A stretch of 64,000 nucleotides of DNA from contig JAIVFI010000040.1 in the NCBI GenBank assembly GCA_025558095.1, positions 412,667 to 476,666 on the forward strand, written 5' to 3'. The notes below the pieces were generated by a model. The model saw only the letters and a program-made list of their open reading frames with translations. It made no database searches and had not been told where the DNA came from. Positions 31,434 to 42,801 of the stretch are shown here, piece by piece. The translations under genes were made by a program, and so were the position numbers. Positions within the stretch are counted from its first letter, which is position 1. Each line of letters begins with the position of its first letter. The DNA comes from Hyaloraphidium curvatum SAG 235-1. Taxonomy: Eukaryota; Fungi; Monoblepharomycota.

Positions 31434-34247
31434 TCACGCCGCCCCTTGCTTCGCGGGGAGGATGATCCGTCGCGCCGTACAAGCCATCCTGAACCCCTCT
31501 GGGTCCACACGATGGTCGTACCGCGACTGCAGCTCGGCTCCCCGCATGATCAGCACGTCCCCATGTCTGGCGCGATCGGCCACGTTAGCACCCTCGCGCG
31601 GCACCGTCACGGGTAACCCACAGCAGCAGGATCCGCAGCACCTTTCCCCCTCCCTCTCCCACGTCGGCCTTGGCACCCCGCGGCTTGTGCTTGCTGCGGA
31701 AAGACATGACGCACGGCGACCCCATGCTCCACGTCGCCACGGTGCCCTGCACCCCGGGCTCGCCGTCGTCGTGCCAGTCCATCTTGGAGCTGCGCGCGTA
31801 CAGCGCGATGAGCATCTCGTTGAAGTCGACCCGGGATTCGGAGGAGAGGAAGGCGAGGGCGGGGAGGGTGGAGAGGTGGAAGGGGGAGGGCTCCATGAAG
31901 TACGAGTGGCCGTACTCCTCTGTGGACGGATGCGGCGTCAGCAAGTTCGCACCGCTCCCCGCCAGCCTCGCGTGCACGCACCGCCAAAGTTAACGCTGTA
32001 ATGGCTCGTCACCGTACCCTTCCCCAGCGGGCTCTGCTTGAGCACCCTCCTCTCGAAGCCGATCCCTCCGTTTTCCGGCCCCAGCGAACCGTGCAGCTGC
32101 AGATCCCTGAACACCTCATCCGCCCGATCCACCAATGGGGTGCCGTGGGCCCGGCGGTGCTCCACCGTGCAGCCGTTCGGGAACGCGTACACGGTCTCGC
32201 GGCGCCCGTCCGGCAGGAACCCCGAGCTGATCCCCAGCACGTGCCCAGCATCCGGTTTGCCGAGGGACCCGTCCCCCGCCACCCTGCCCTGCCCCGTCCA
32301 CGCCGTCGACACGTCGCCCACCGGCCTCGCGATCGCGGCGGTGCGGCCGCAGCCGAGGCAGGTCCAGCCCGTCCAGCTGCGCGAGCAGGAGATGCGGCCG
32401 CAGGTGCGGCAGTGGAACGCGGTGCGGTCGAAGGTGCCCGGCGGGGAGTATGCTGGCGGGGGGGCGGGGAGGATCGGGAACGGGGGCGTGAAGAGGTCGT
32501 CCGGTTCCAGGACGGGGAGAAGGAAGGTGGGGTGGTAGTGCAGCTGCGTCGGCGGCGGGAAGAGCACGTACGCGGGGGGTTGCAGGGAGGCGTCGAGGGT
32601 GCGGAGCTTCCACCACGCTTCGCAGTCGAGGTTGCCGCACATCCAGCCTTCCTCCCACCGACGCGGACCCTTCCACCCGCAGAGGTGGCACGCCTCCACC
32701 GGCTTGGCTGAGGTGGCGAGGTACGGCTCCCAATCGGGGTTCCACGCCGTCGGCATGGCCGCCTGCACGAGGCGGGGGGCGGTGCCGTCCGACATGACGT
32801 AGCGCAGGGTCTGGGGTGGGGTGGGAGGGTTGGAAGCACGCCGCTTGCGCTTGCGGTCCGCGGCCTCGGGCGAGATCGGCGTGGGCGGAGCGTGCCTCGG
32901 CCGCGTCCGCACGACCACCTGGCCGTCCACAACATCCAGGTATTCCTCCACGTCCTCCCCATTCGCCCGATTGGGAAGCGCACCCCGCTCCACGGGCCCC
33001 TCGATCGCCGCCGGCCCCCCGTCCATGTAGCTCCGCACGCTGCCGTCAGGATCCACGCGCTGCATGACCAGGTGCGGCCACCACCTGCCCGCAACCGAGC
33101 GGTCGGTGTCGGGGGAGCCGGTGCGGATGAATTCGGCGCGGAACTTGTAGCGCAGGGCCGTACGGGGTCCGGGGGCGGGAGAGTCCGGGGCGGGCGGGAG
33201 GTCGTCCGAGGGCGGAGGGGAGGGGAGGTGTGATTCGGGGGGCATGCTGTCAACTGTGCTGGCATCGCCGGGGTCCATAGGCTCAAGCTTGATCGCTGGA
33301 TCCGCCGTCGGAGCGGCGAGGTTGTCGGGCTGTTCGATCTTCACCGCCACGTCGGCCTTGATCTCGCCCTTGGCCTCCTTGCCCGGCTTTTCCGGAACCC
33401 TCGATCGCCGCCCCGTCTTCGGCGCCTTCTTCCCCTCGGGCAGCGCGGGCTCGGGTTCGATCCAGTAGTCCGTGATCTTGGCCCACCCCATCACCACGTA
33501 CCGGGGCTTCATCCCGTCGGCCACGCCTCGTGGTCCCGTGCCCGCGGGCAAACCCCCGGCAAGGCGATCCCAGTCCAGCGGACACTCGTACCGCGTCCCG
33601 AAGATCGGCAACACAGGTGTTCCGTTGCGGTAAGCGTCCAGGAACAGCCTCCGCGAGGGATCCTTCTCGCTCTGCGAGCTCTTCATCGCGCCCGAGGAGG
33701 GATCGAAGTGGCCCCCCGTGTGCGAGATGAGCACGTTGCCCGTAAACACGTCCGCGTTGGCGATGCTCGTCGTGGAATCGATCAGCCAGACCGGCACGCG
33801 CTCCGCCCCCGGCGCAGCTGGGTCCTCGCGGGCGGGGTCGAAGGGCAGGGGGACGGGGTACGTGCCGCCCTGGTAGGAGCGGAAGTACTTGGAGCCCTCG
33901 CAGATTTCCTGGCGCGTGGCGGACCACACGGGCGGGCGGAGCGGGGGAGCCGGGGGAGGGGGCTGGTCAGGGGCCGGGGGTTCGGGCGGCGCATCGCGGC
34001 CAAATGGCCGTCTTGGGGTCTCCTTCGGCCCCGATGGGCGCATCGTAATCGGATCCATAGAATGGCACGGAGATTCGCGGTAGGAACGAACGGCAAAGAG
34101 CGCGAGCGCCGCGTTAACCTCGTCGGGCGCGGGGGACCCCGCGGGCAGCGGCTCCCGCGGCGCATGAAATGCAGGCGCCGCCGCCGCCGGTGTGGGAGGC
34201 AGAGGCGCGATGTCGCGGAAGAGCTCGCTGATCGGGGGGAGCCGCAT
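31434..34247 (-). CDS. Fungal SRA-like + Cys-cluster + AlkB-family 2OG-Fe(II) dioxygenase, 2 introns
   Basis: PPVWSATRQEICEGSKYFRSYQGG, RYVVMGWAKITDYW; CxxC clusters; FNEML..Y....MDWHDDGE, LHGDVLIM.G..LQ..YDHRV.P.GFR.ACTAR. Confidence 0.85.
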
Positions 34248-34371
34248 CGCGCGGGGGGCAGGGGGAGCGCGGGGTGGTCCCGAGGATGGCCCACTGGCGG
34301 CTGCAGCTTTCGCAAGTGCAACTTGCAGACGACATTTCGAATCTATCTCAGGATTACACGTCCCGTCCCTT

Positions 34372-36739
34372 TTACGGCGACGGAACGAACCGCCTGGTAG
34401 TCCATTCCCCCACGAGCTTGCCCCTGGCGCGGGGATCGCGACGCCAATAAGTCACACGGATCCTCCGAAACGATCGAAGGACGCACCACTTCTCCAACCC
34501 CTTACCCGCGTCCTGCCTCCCGATCCGACACTCCACCAGCCGCACGCCCTTGCCGGCGAACGCCTCGTCGAAGGACTTTTCGAGGGATTCTGGGGTGTCC
34601 GCCAGGTAACCGCGGCCGCCACCGAACAGAGCAGGGAGGGCGGCGTAGTCCCACGACGGGATTGAGTTGTAACTCCCCTTGTGCAACACCTCCTGCGACG
34701 GAAGCAAAGCAATCAGACCTCTCTACGAGCCCGCGCAGCACCCTGAAACTCGCCTCGATGGTGTTCCCGCTGTTGTTCTCGAGCACGATCAGAACGTCGG
34801 CACCCGATGCGATCATGGTGCTGATGGCCTGCGCGGTGACCTGCAGCGCGCCGTCGCCGACCAGCAGGACGACCTCTCGGGTGGGGTCGCCGAGCGCGAA
34901 GCCGAGGGCTGCGATTGCGGTCAGAAAGCATCGATCGGGTTGGAAGCAGACGGGAAGCCCACCAGCAGGCGTTGCGTACCCGATCGCGCCGTACTGGAAC
35001 TGCATCTCCGCCTCCACGTCCTGCAGCCTCAACATCGCCCCGTCGAACTGAGAGTTGCCGATCTCCAGCACCAGGGCCGACCCGGGCCTCAGCCTGTGCT
35101 GCAGCGCGTCGACGATCTCCTTCCTCGTGAGGGGCGCCTCGCCGCGGGACGTCTCGGAGTTGGGCTCGTGCGCGCGGGCGCCGCTGCCGGCGAAGGCGTC
35201 CCAGCTTGCCGGCTTCTGGTGGAGCTGTGCGTCCAGGAGGGCGGAGAGGAGAGCGGGCATGGCAATGCGGGCCTCGCGGCCGTCGGGGAGCCGCACCCGT
35301 TCGGGGCCGACATCCAGCACCCTGTCTTCCTTGAGCTTGGTCTGGAACCCGGCGGTCGAGTAGTCGCTCCACTGCCCGCCCACGCACACCACCAGATCCG
35401 ACGCCTCGACGATCCGCGCCAGCTCGGCGGAGGAGGAGCACGGGCCCCAGTACGTCCCCGCGAACCGCCACCCCGGGTTCTCGGGGACGCAGCCCTTGGC
35501 GTGAGGCTGGATTGCAACGGCGCAGCCGAGCTTGGGGAGGAACGCGTGGACGGCGGTGAGCGCGGAGAAGCGGCGGGTCTTGGGGCCGATCAGGACGACT
35601 GGGGAGGAGGAGGCGTTCCAGACGGCGGTGAAGGCCGAGGCGGCGGCGTCGAGCAACGAGGTCGGCGGGGTCTCGTAGATGGGGTGCAGGAGAGGGAAGG
35701 GTGAGGCGAGGCCGGTAGGGAGGGGTTGCAGGGCGAGGTTGGTGGGGATCTCGATGTAGGATCTGTCGAGAAAAGAAGGTGCCGTACGTGAACAAAACAG
35801 GCCAGCGATACCTTGAGCCGAAACGCGCAGGTGAAGGCCGAGGCGGCGGCGTCGAGCAACGAGGTCGGCGGGGTCTCGTAGATGGGGTGCAGGAGAGGGA
35901 AGGGTGAGGCGAGGCCGGTAGGGAGGGGTTGCAGGGCGAGGTTGGTGGGGATCTCGATGTAGGATCTGTCGAGAAAAGAAAGTGCCGTACGTGAACAAAA
36001 CAGGCCAGCGATACCTTGAGCCGAAACGCACGGCTTGCGGCAGAGAATGGCTTCCGAGATGGCCTGATCAATCATGGAGACGGCGTTCGTGGGTGTCCTG
36101 TGGGTTTGGAAAGAGGATTACGTACGTCGAAGGCTTCGCTCCCTCGGCGACTCCACCGACCACCCACTTTATCCGCCCGGTCCAGCAGGTCATGCCCTTC
36201 ATCGTTTCGATCGCCAGGTCGTACCGTCCTTCAAGCCCGGTCGTGTGGTGCGCCACCCTCCCCGATCCGAACTCCCCGGTGTTGACCGACCCGCTCACGA
36301 CCAGCAACGCCACGTCCTCCGCGAAAGCCCCGGCCACGGCGTTGCACATTCCCAATGCCCCGACCGTGAAGGTGACAACAACGACTCCGAGAGGAGGACG
36401 AGTCTGGCCCGGCGCGGAGGATATGCTTCTGGACAGGCCATCGGCAGCATAACCGGCCTGGAGCTCGTTGGCGCAGCCGATGTACCGGAGCCGCTTGCCC
36501 TTCTGGAGTTCGTCGAGGATCCCGAAGTTGTAGTCTCCTGCAAAACAAGTGAGAAGCGGAAACGCGGTTGCCTGCTGGGGGCACGAGGAAAGGGACCGAC
36601 CCGGGACGCCGAAGAACTCCTTCACGCCCGCTTCCTCGAGGCGGTAGGCGAGGTAGCGCCCAACGGTGACCTGGTTCTCGGCAATTGGGTGCGGCTCTAT
36701 GCGGGGGAAGGTGCCGGTCTCCTCCAGCGCGACGGGCAT
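34372..36739 (-). CDS. PDC1: Pyruvate decarboxylase (TPP enzyme), multi-intron, with an internal 203-bp tandem duplication
   Basis: FGVPG|DYN, CANELQAGYAADG, TFTVGAL, HHT, SDYST, QYGAIGY, GDGALQVTAQ.ISTM..N..GNTIE. Confidence 0.9.
35627..36029. repeat. 203-bp tandem duplication (35627-35826 / 35830-36029) of a PDC intron plus exon
   Basis: Copies identical apart from one intronic difference seen (agaaggtgcc vs agaaagtgcc). Confidence 0.95.
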
Positions 36740-36965
36740 CGTGTTCGGATGAGGAAGATGAGGTAGTGGGGAGAGGTGACTGTGCGGTCCAGTCATCGCG
36801 CCCGGGCGTCCGAGCGTGTCCAATTCTCCCGTCCCGCACCGACTCACTTAAACCTCGAAGGAACGGCTGCGAACGGACGCAACTCAAGCTCCTCAGCTCT
36901 CGTGCCTCGCTCCACCCGGGGAGCGTCAAGCCGCATCATCCTCTCGCCGCGCCCCGCTCAAGACC

Positions 36966-37536
36966 ATGTCGAGCAACCCCGCGCAGCTCGTCGGCACGGA
37001 CCCTCGGGAGATGCACACCATCACCCCGCACCTCGTCTGCGCCGACGCCGAGAAGGCCATGGACTGGTACGCCAAAGCCTTTGGCGCCAAAGACTTGGCG
37101 CGCCTCCGCTCGCCGGAAGAAAGGCTGCTCCACGGCTCGATGGAGCTCGGCGACTCGCGCATCATGCTCGTCGACGAGATGCCCGAGATGGGGGCGCGCG
37201 GGCCCAAGCTGCTCGGAGGGAGCCCGGTCACGCTGCACATCAGCTGCCCGAACGTCGACGCGGCTTTCGCGCGCGCGGTGGAGGCGGGGGCCGAGATCGT
37301 GGTGCCGGTGGCGGACAAGTTCTGGGGTGCGTTTTTCAGCACGCGGGGAAGAGTCCGGATCGCTGAATGTGGCATTCCCGTCCACAGGCGACAGGTACGG
37401 CCAGGTCCGCGACCCCTGGGGCCACGAGTGGTCCATGGCGACCCAGATCCGCAAAGTCACCCTCGAGGAAGCCGAGAAGGCGATGCTGCAGGCGATCGAG
37501 GCGCGCAACGCCGGCGTCGCTGCCGAATCCGAGTAG
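36966..37536 (+). CDS. VOC/glyoxalase (PhnB-like) protein, intron 37328-37388
   Basis: HTITPHL...A.KAMDWYAKAFGA, HGSMELGDSRIML.DE.P, DKFWG|DRYGQVRDPWGHEWS. Confidence 0.9.
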
Positions 37537-37757
37537 GCCGCCAAGGCCACGAGGGACGGGCATGGGGCCTGAAGTGGGTTCGCGCTTGAAACATCAATCG
37601 GATGACATCTAGCTAACGCCCCGCGCAGCCGTGCCGAGCACTGGATCCCCGAGCATGCGGAAGCGTCTTCATCTTTGGAGCGACAATAGCAGAACTGCGG
37701 ATGAGGTAGCTCCTTCTGGCCAGTGATCTTGTCAACATGTCAGTTCCCCCGCGCTCC

Positions 37758-38921
37758 TCAGGCCTGCTTGGCTACGGCCTTCGCGATGGCGACAATCAGC
37801 GCCCCATTCTCCCCGTCCTTGTTGCTTTCCTCCCCCATGGTGGTCCCGTACAGCCTGTTTGCCGACAGCTTGACCACCACCACGCCCTCCTGCGGCGCCA
37901 CATACACGTTCTGGTTGTAGACCCCTTCCGCGGAATAGTGCGGCCCGCCCGGCCACAGCCACCACTGGTACCCATAGCCTACGGGGAGCTTGTGCCCTGC
38001 GATCTCGGTCTGACCCGGCATGAGGTGATCCGCGTCGGCCTTTGTGGATGCGGCGACCCAGTCCGCGGGGACGACCTGCTTGCCGTCCCACTTGCCGCCG
38101 TTGCGGTAGAGCTCCCCGATCTTGGCAAAGTCGCGCGCCGTGAGCAGAAGCCCGCCAAAGGCCATCTCCCGGCCCTCCGTGTCGATGAGCCAGTACCCGG
38201 TGTCCTCGAACCCGAGCGGCCCGACGAGCTTCTCCGACATGTACTCGGCGATCCCCTTGCCCGTCGCGCGCACGAGCAGGTTTCCCAGGGCCTGGGTGTC
38301 GCCCGAGTTGTACCTGCACAGCGTGCCCGGCGGGACCTCCTTGGCCATCTTGGCGACGAAGTTGTCCAGCGTGTTGCCGCCGGTGAAGCACGCGCCGAAC
38401 TTCATGATGTCGCTCTCTGGGTCGGAGTAGTCCTCGACCCAGCGCGCCCCGGAGGACATCTGGAGCACGTCCTTGATGCACACCCCGTCGTACGCCGAAC
38501 CCGGCTCCGCGGAAATGTACTTGGAGATGGGCTCCTCGATCGAGCCGATGAGGCCCTCGGCGACGGCGATGCCTACCAGCGCCGAGGTGAAGGATTTGGC
38601 CACCGACATGGACGGCCAGACCACGTCGCGGCCGCCGGAGAGGAAGTAGCGCTCGTGCACGACCTTGCCGTCCCTGAGGACGAGCAGCGCGGCCGTGTCG
38701 GTCGCCTTCAGGGAATCCTCGACGGCGAGCGTCTTTCCGTCGAATTCGAACGTCTCCGGGAGGACGGCCGGCTTGCCCTCCGGGAACGGGCGCGGGGAGG
38801 CTGACGGCGGCATCGCCTTGTTCGCGAACAGCTCCTTGAAGCGCGCAAAGTTGTCGTGCTGCGGCACGCCCTGGAACATGCCGATGTCGAGGAACGACAG
38901 GCGCGCCGGAGGGGCCGCCAT
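37758..38921 (-). CDS. Beta-lactamase-fold serine hydrolase (6-aminohexanoate-dimer hydrolase/NylB-like), intronless
   Basis: SMSVAKS (SxxK), VLQMSSG, YNSGDT, ARDFAKIG, YGYQWW. Confidence 0.9.
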   Translation of the reverse strand: MAAPPARLSFLDIGMFQGVPQHDNFARFKELFANKAMPPSASPRPFPEGKPAVLPETFEFDGKTLAVEDSLKATDTAALLVLRDGKVVHERYFLSGGRDVVWPSMSVAKSFTSALVGIAVAEGLIGSIEEPISKYISAEPGSAYDGVCIKDVLQMSSGARWVEDYSDPESDIMKFGACFTGGNTLDNFVAKMAKEVPPGTLCRYNSGDTQALGNLLVRATGKGIAEYMSEKLVGPLGFEDTGYWLIDTEGREMAFGGLLLTARDFAKIGELYRNGGKWDGKQVVPADWVAASTKADADHLMPGQTEIAGHKLPVGYGYQWWLWPGGPHYSAEGVYNQNVYVAPQEGVVVVKLSANRLYGTTMGEESNKDGENGALIVAIAKAVAKQA

Positions 38922-39157
38922 CGCCGCGATTCCTGCCGGAGTGGTGTGGGGGACGCGGCGCGGAGAGTGAGGTGTTGGTTGACCCGCTTCCGCTCCGGGA
39001 GCCGCGATCGAAGCCCGGACGACCCCGACGACGCCTCGGACGTCCGACAACGACCCCGCCTTTCGAAGACGACTCCGAAACCAGCGTCCGGTGCCCATAA
39101 TGAATAAGCCGACAGTAAGCCCGACACAAGCCGTCCAACCCCGTTCTCTCCCCGCCA

Positions 39158-40758
39158 TCAGACGCTGTAGCTCGTCCTCCTCCACGCCGGGCACCGCTTC
39201 TCCTGCCCCGGAACCTGGCCGTACCCCGCCTTCTTGAGCTCCGCGATGAACCGGTCCATCCGCGCCACCACGTCCTTCATCTCGGCCATCTGGACGAGGA
39301 TGCCCTTGGCCCGGCGGGTGCCGACGAGCTGCGCGAGGGTCATCGGCTTGTAGGAAGGGTTGAACCACGAGGGTTTGGAGGATTGGATGAAGTTCTGCGC
39401 GGCGGGCGGGCGGTGTGGTTAGGCCCGTCCTCCGGGTGCGGGGAAGGCAGCGAACCTTGAAGGCAAGGAGCTCCTTGTAGTAGAGCGCCAGTGTCGCCCA
39501 CGACTGCTCCGGGATCCCGGGCTCCAGCATCTGCTCCCACGCGTGCTCGTTCCCGTGGTTGACGAAGTTGCTGTCCGGGCGCGGATCAGCGTTTGCCGGC
39601 GACCCCCCCGCGCCGCGGGACCCACCACTCCTTGGGCGACCACGACACGCGGAACAGCTTCGGCCCTGCCTTGTACATGGCTGTCAGCCGCTTGTCGCCG
39701 CAGTAGTAGTGCGATGTCCTGTCCGCCAGCTGGTGCAGGTAGATCCCGTAACGCACCCACAGCTCCGGGATCGTCTGGCCAGTCGCGTTGTCCTTGCTCG
39801 TGGGCAGCGACGCCATGTAGGCGCCCAGCTGCCTGACCTTGGTGATGTTGGTGATGGTCGCCGGGTTGGGGTAGTCGCAGTTGGGGTCGTTGGGGCAGTC
39901 GTAGTCGATGATCTGCTCGCCGAGCGTGGTGTTGGCCGCCGCGGCGGGGATGGGGCCCTGGATGATGGTGCCGAGGATGGGCGGCCTGATGGTGTTGTCG
40001 ACGAAGGAGCCGTCGTCGAGGCAGCGGTCGCCCTGGACGGGATGCGGGGGTCAGCGGGCCCAGGAGAGCGATGCCGCACCGCGGGCCACCTTGAAGTAGT
40101 TGCCGTTCTTGGGGTAGGTGATCCCGCACGTGCACAGCAGGTCCGACCTCCCGAACGCCCACGTGCGGGCCTGCGCCAGCATTCCCTCGGAGTTGTAGTC
40201 CTGCACCCTGGGGTTGAGCCCGTTGGTCGGCGGGCGCGTCAGGCCGTAGAGGATGCCGAGGTGCCGGATGTGGCTGCCCGTGAGCGTCGAGATGCGCATC
40301 ATGCCGCGCATTTTGGGGGGGAACCACTGCACGGGCAGTGGAGTCCCACATGAGTCCGTCGGCGTCCATTGCACCTGTGGGGGGGTTGTCAGCGGGGGCG
40401 ACGGACGGCGGGGCAGCTGAGGGAGGCCCACAAAGTCGATGGTGTTGGAGCTGGCGGCGAACCAGTAGGCGGCGTCGCGGGTGAAGCCAACGGCTTGGGC
40501 CGTGAAGAAAATCGCGTCAAAGTGGAGGAAGCCGCGGCAGGTGTCGGCGCCGAATGTCTGGCTGCCCGAGGCGAGGTTCGTCGCGGTGCACTGCGGGTCG
40601 TTTGCGTCGACCTTGCAGTTGAGGTCGATGGAGGCCTGGAACAGCGCCGTGACATTGTTGCGCCCAAAGCATGTCTCCTCGACAAAGGCGGCGGCGGGCG
40701 GCGCGAGGGCAAACAGCGCCGCGAGGGCGAGCGCGGCGGCGAGCGCGGCGCGCCTCAT
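39158..40758 (-). CDS. Secreted protein with phospholipase C/P1 nuclease-like Zn motifs, about 4 introns
   Basis: Signal MRRAALAAALALAALFALAPPAAA; LHFDAIFF.AQAVGF....A..FA..S..ID and YGIYLHQLADRTSH. Confidence 0.6.
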
Positions 40759-41247
40759 CGCGGCTCGGATCGTGCGGGGCGACGCCGGGGGCGCTGAGCA
40801 GAGGCAGATAGGCCGGCAGTCCGCGAGCCGTCGCGCGCGAGGAGTGGGGACAGGCCGCCCGAGTTGTTGAGGGACGAGGACATTCCGCCCAAGCCACGCC
40901 GCGTGAACTGGATGACGAAGCCGCCCGGCGGCGTCCCAAAGAACACGAAGGCGGCCGCCAGATGTGCTACAAAGCACGCACTACGAAGATCCGGTTGCTG
41001 TCGAGATACTTCGGTGATGCTGGGCCGCCCGTCGCCCATGCACCGGCGGTGGACACGACGAAGAGGCTTCCGGCCGCGACCCATCAGCGCCATCCGGCTG
41101 GCAGCGAGCCGCACGGCCATCTCCGTGTGATCCTTCGGACTGATGGAACGGTACGGTGCGTGCTGGGTCCACGAGGCTCGCGGGATGCCGCTCGTCCGCG
41201 GAAGGCAATCAATTGGCCGGCCGCCCGGCTCCCCCGATCCGCTCGCG

Positions 41248-42399
41248 ATGCCCCCCACGCTCACCGCCGCCGTCCTCGGCGCCAAAGGCTTCCTCGGCTC
41301 CGCGCTCGCCGCGTCAATCCTCGCGGCCGGCCGGCTCTCGGATGCCCGGGGGGGCCCGGCGGACGCGCGGCTGCTCTGCCCCGTCGGGAAGCTCGTCCTG
41401 TTCGACCTCGCGCTGCCCGAGGCGCCGCCGAACCCGCACGGGATCGAGGTCGTCTGCCTCGCCGGGGACATTTCCAATGCAGAAGACGTGAAAACGGCCG
41501 TGGAGGGGGCCGACGCCGTGTTCCATCTCGCGGCGGTCGTCTCGGGGCAGGCGGAAAGAGACTACGCTCTGGGCCGGAAAGTCAACGTGCGGGGCACCGA
41601 GAACGTGTGCGAGGTGCTTTCCGAGGCGGCCAAGGGGGGGAACAAGGCGAGGGTGGTGTTCACTTCCTCGGTGGCAACGTTTTCGGTGGACGACGCGGCG
41701 CTGGCGTCGGAAACCAAGGGTTGGCTGTCGGACGACGCGCCGCAGAGGCCGCTAAACACGTACGTTGCCAATTACGGCCATTTGGGCCGGTTTACAGTGG
41801 GATCTGACGCGTCTCCCGCCCTCTGCCGCAGATACGGCTCCCAAAAGGCCGCCATGGAGCTCCTCCTCACCGACCTCTCCCGCCGCGGCGCGCTCGACGC
41901 CGTCACCGTGCGGCTGCCCACCGTCTCCGTCCGCCCTGGGCTGCCCAACGCGGCGGCGAGCTCCTTCGTCTCGGGGATCGTGCGGGAGCCGCTGACGGGG
42001 AAGAGGGCGCGGTGCCCCGTTCCCAGGGGAGAGATCGAGGAGACGAGGATCTGGATCTGCAGCCCGTCGGCGGCGGTGGAGTGGTTGCGCTGGGCCGCCG
42101 TCGTGGATACCTCGGTCCCGGGTTGGGGAGCCTTCCGCTCGGTCACCCCGCCAGGCATCTCCGCCAGCGTCGCCGAGATGCTGGATGCCGCCGAAGCAGC
42201 CAAGCCGGGCGCCAAAGCGCTGGTGGATTTCGAGCCGGACGACGCGGTGATGGCCATCGTGCGGAGCTGGCCTCCCGGCTTCCACACCGAACGCGGCAAG
42301 GCCCTCGGGTTCGCCCCGATGGAGGGGGGGATCGCGGCGGTGGTGCGGGAGTTCCTGGAGAGCGGGGTCGAGGCGACGCTGCGGGCCAGGGGGGAGTGA
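41248..42399 (+). CDS. NAD-dependent epimerase/dehydratase, D-erythronate dehydrogenase (DenD)-like; in-frame intron about 41760-41831
   Basis: GAKGFLG, VFHLAAVVSGQAE, T|YGSQK, RLPTVSVRPG.PNAAASSF.SGI.REPL.G. Confidence 0.85.
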   Translation: MPPTLTAAVLGAKGFLGSALAASILAAGRLSDARGGPADARLLCPVGKLVLFDLALPEAPPNPHGIEVVCLAGDISNAEDVKTAVEGADAVFHLAAVVSGQAERDYALGRKVNVRGTENVCEVLSEAAKGGNKARVVFTSSVATFSVDDAALASETKGWLSDDAPQRPLNTYVANYGHLGRFTVGSDASPALCRRYGSQKAAMELLLTDLSRRGALDAVTVRLPTVSVRPGLPNAAASSFVSGIVREPLTGKRARCPVPRGEIEETRIWICSPSAAVEWLRWAAVVDTSVPGWGAFRSVTPPGISASVAEMLDAAEAAKPGAKALVDFEPDDAVMAIVRSWPPGFHTERGKALGFAPMEGGIAAVVREFLESGVEATLRARGE

Positions 42400-42801
42400 T
42401 GAATGGGCGGACGGGGTGACGACGGTGGGGGCGGGGCGGGGCCTGGCGAGGGATAGCTGGCACGGGCTGATCGACAGGAGGACTCCCAGATCCGATGCCA
42501 TCCACGTGCGCGATCGTCCATCCGAGTTCGGGAGAATCCGATCCGCGCGGAAAAGCCCCCCGGGGGAGGGCGGCCAGGGGTCGGCCGTCTCGGCCAGCGC
42601 GGGTCGGCGCGGCCGGCCGAGGGATCCCCGACCGGCGAGGGGACCAAACAGCCCGCGCCCTCCGCCGCGCGCCGCCGGGCACCGGGAGCCGGCGGGCGGC
42701 GTCGGCGCGGCGGCGGGGATTTTCCGCGCAGGCCGAGGGGCCGGAGGACGGAGGAGGAGCGCCGACCTGCCGCCGACACGGCCACCGCCCAACCCGGAGC
42801 G

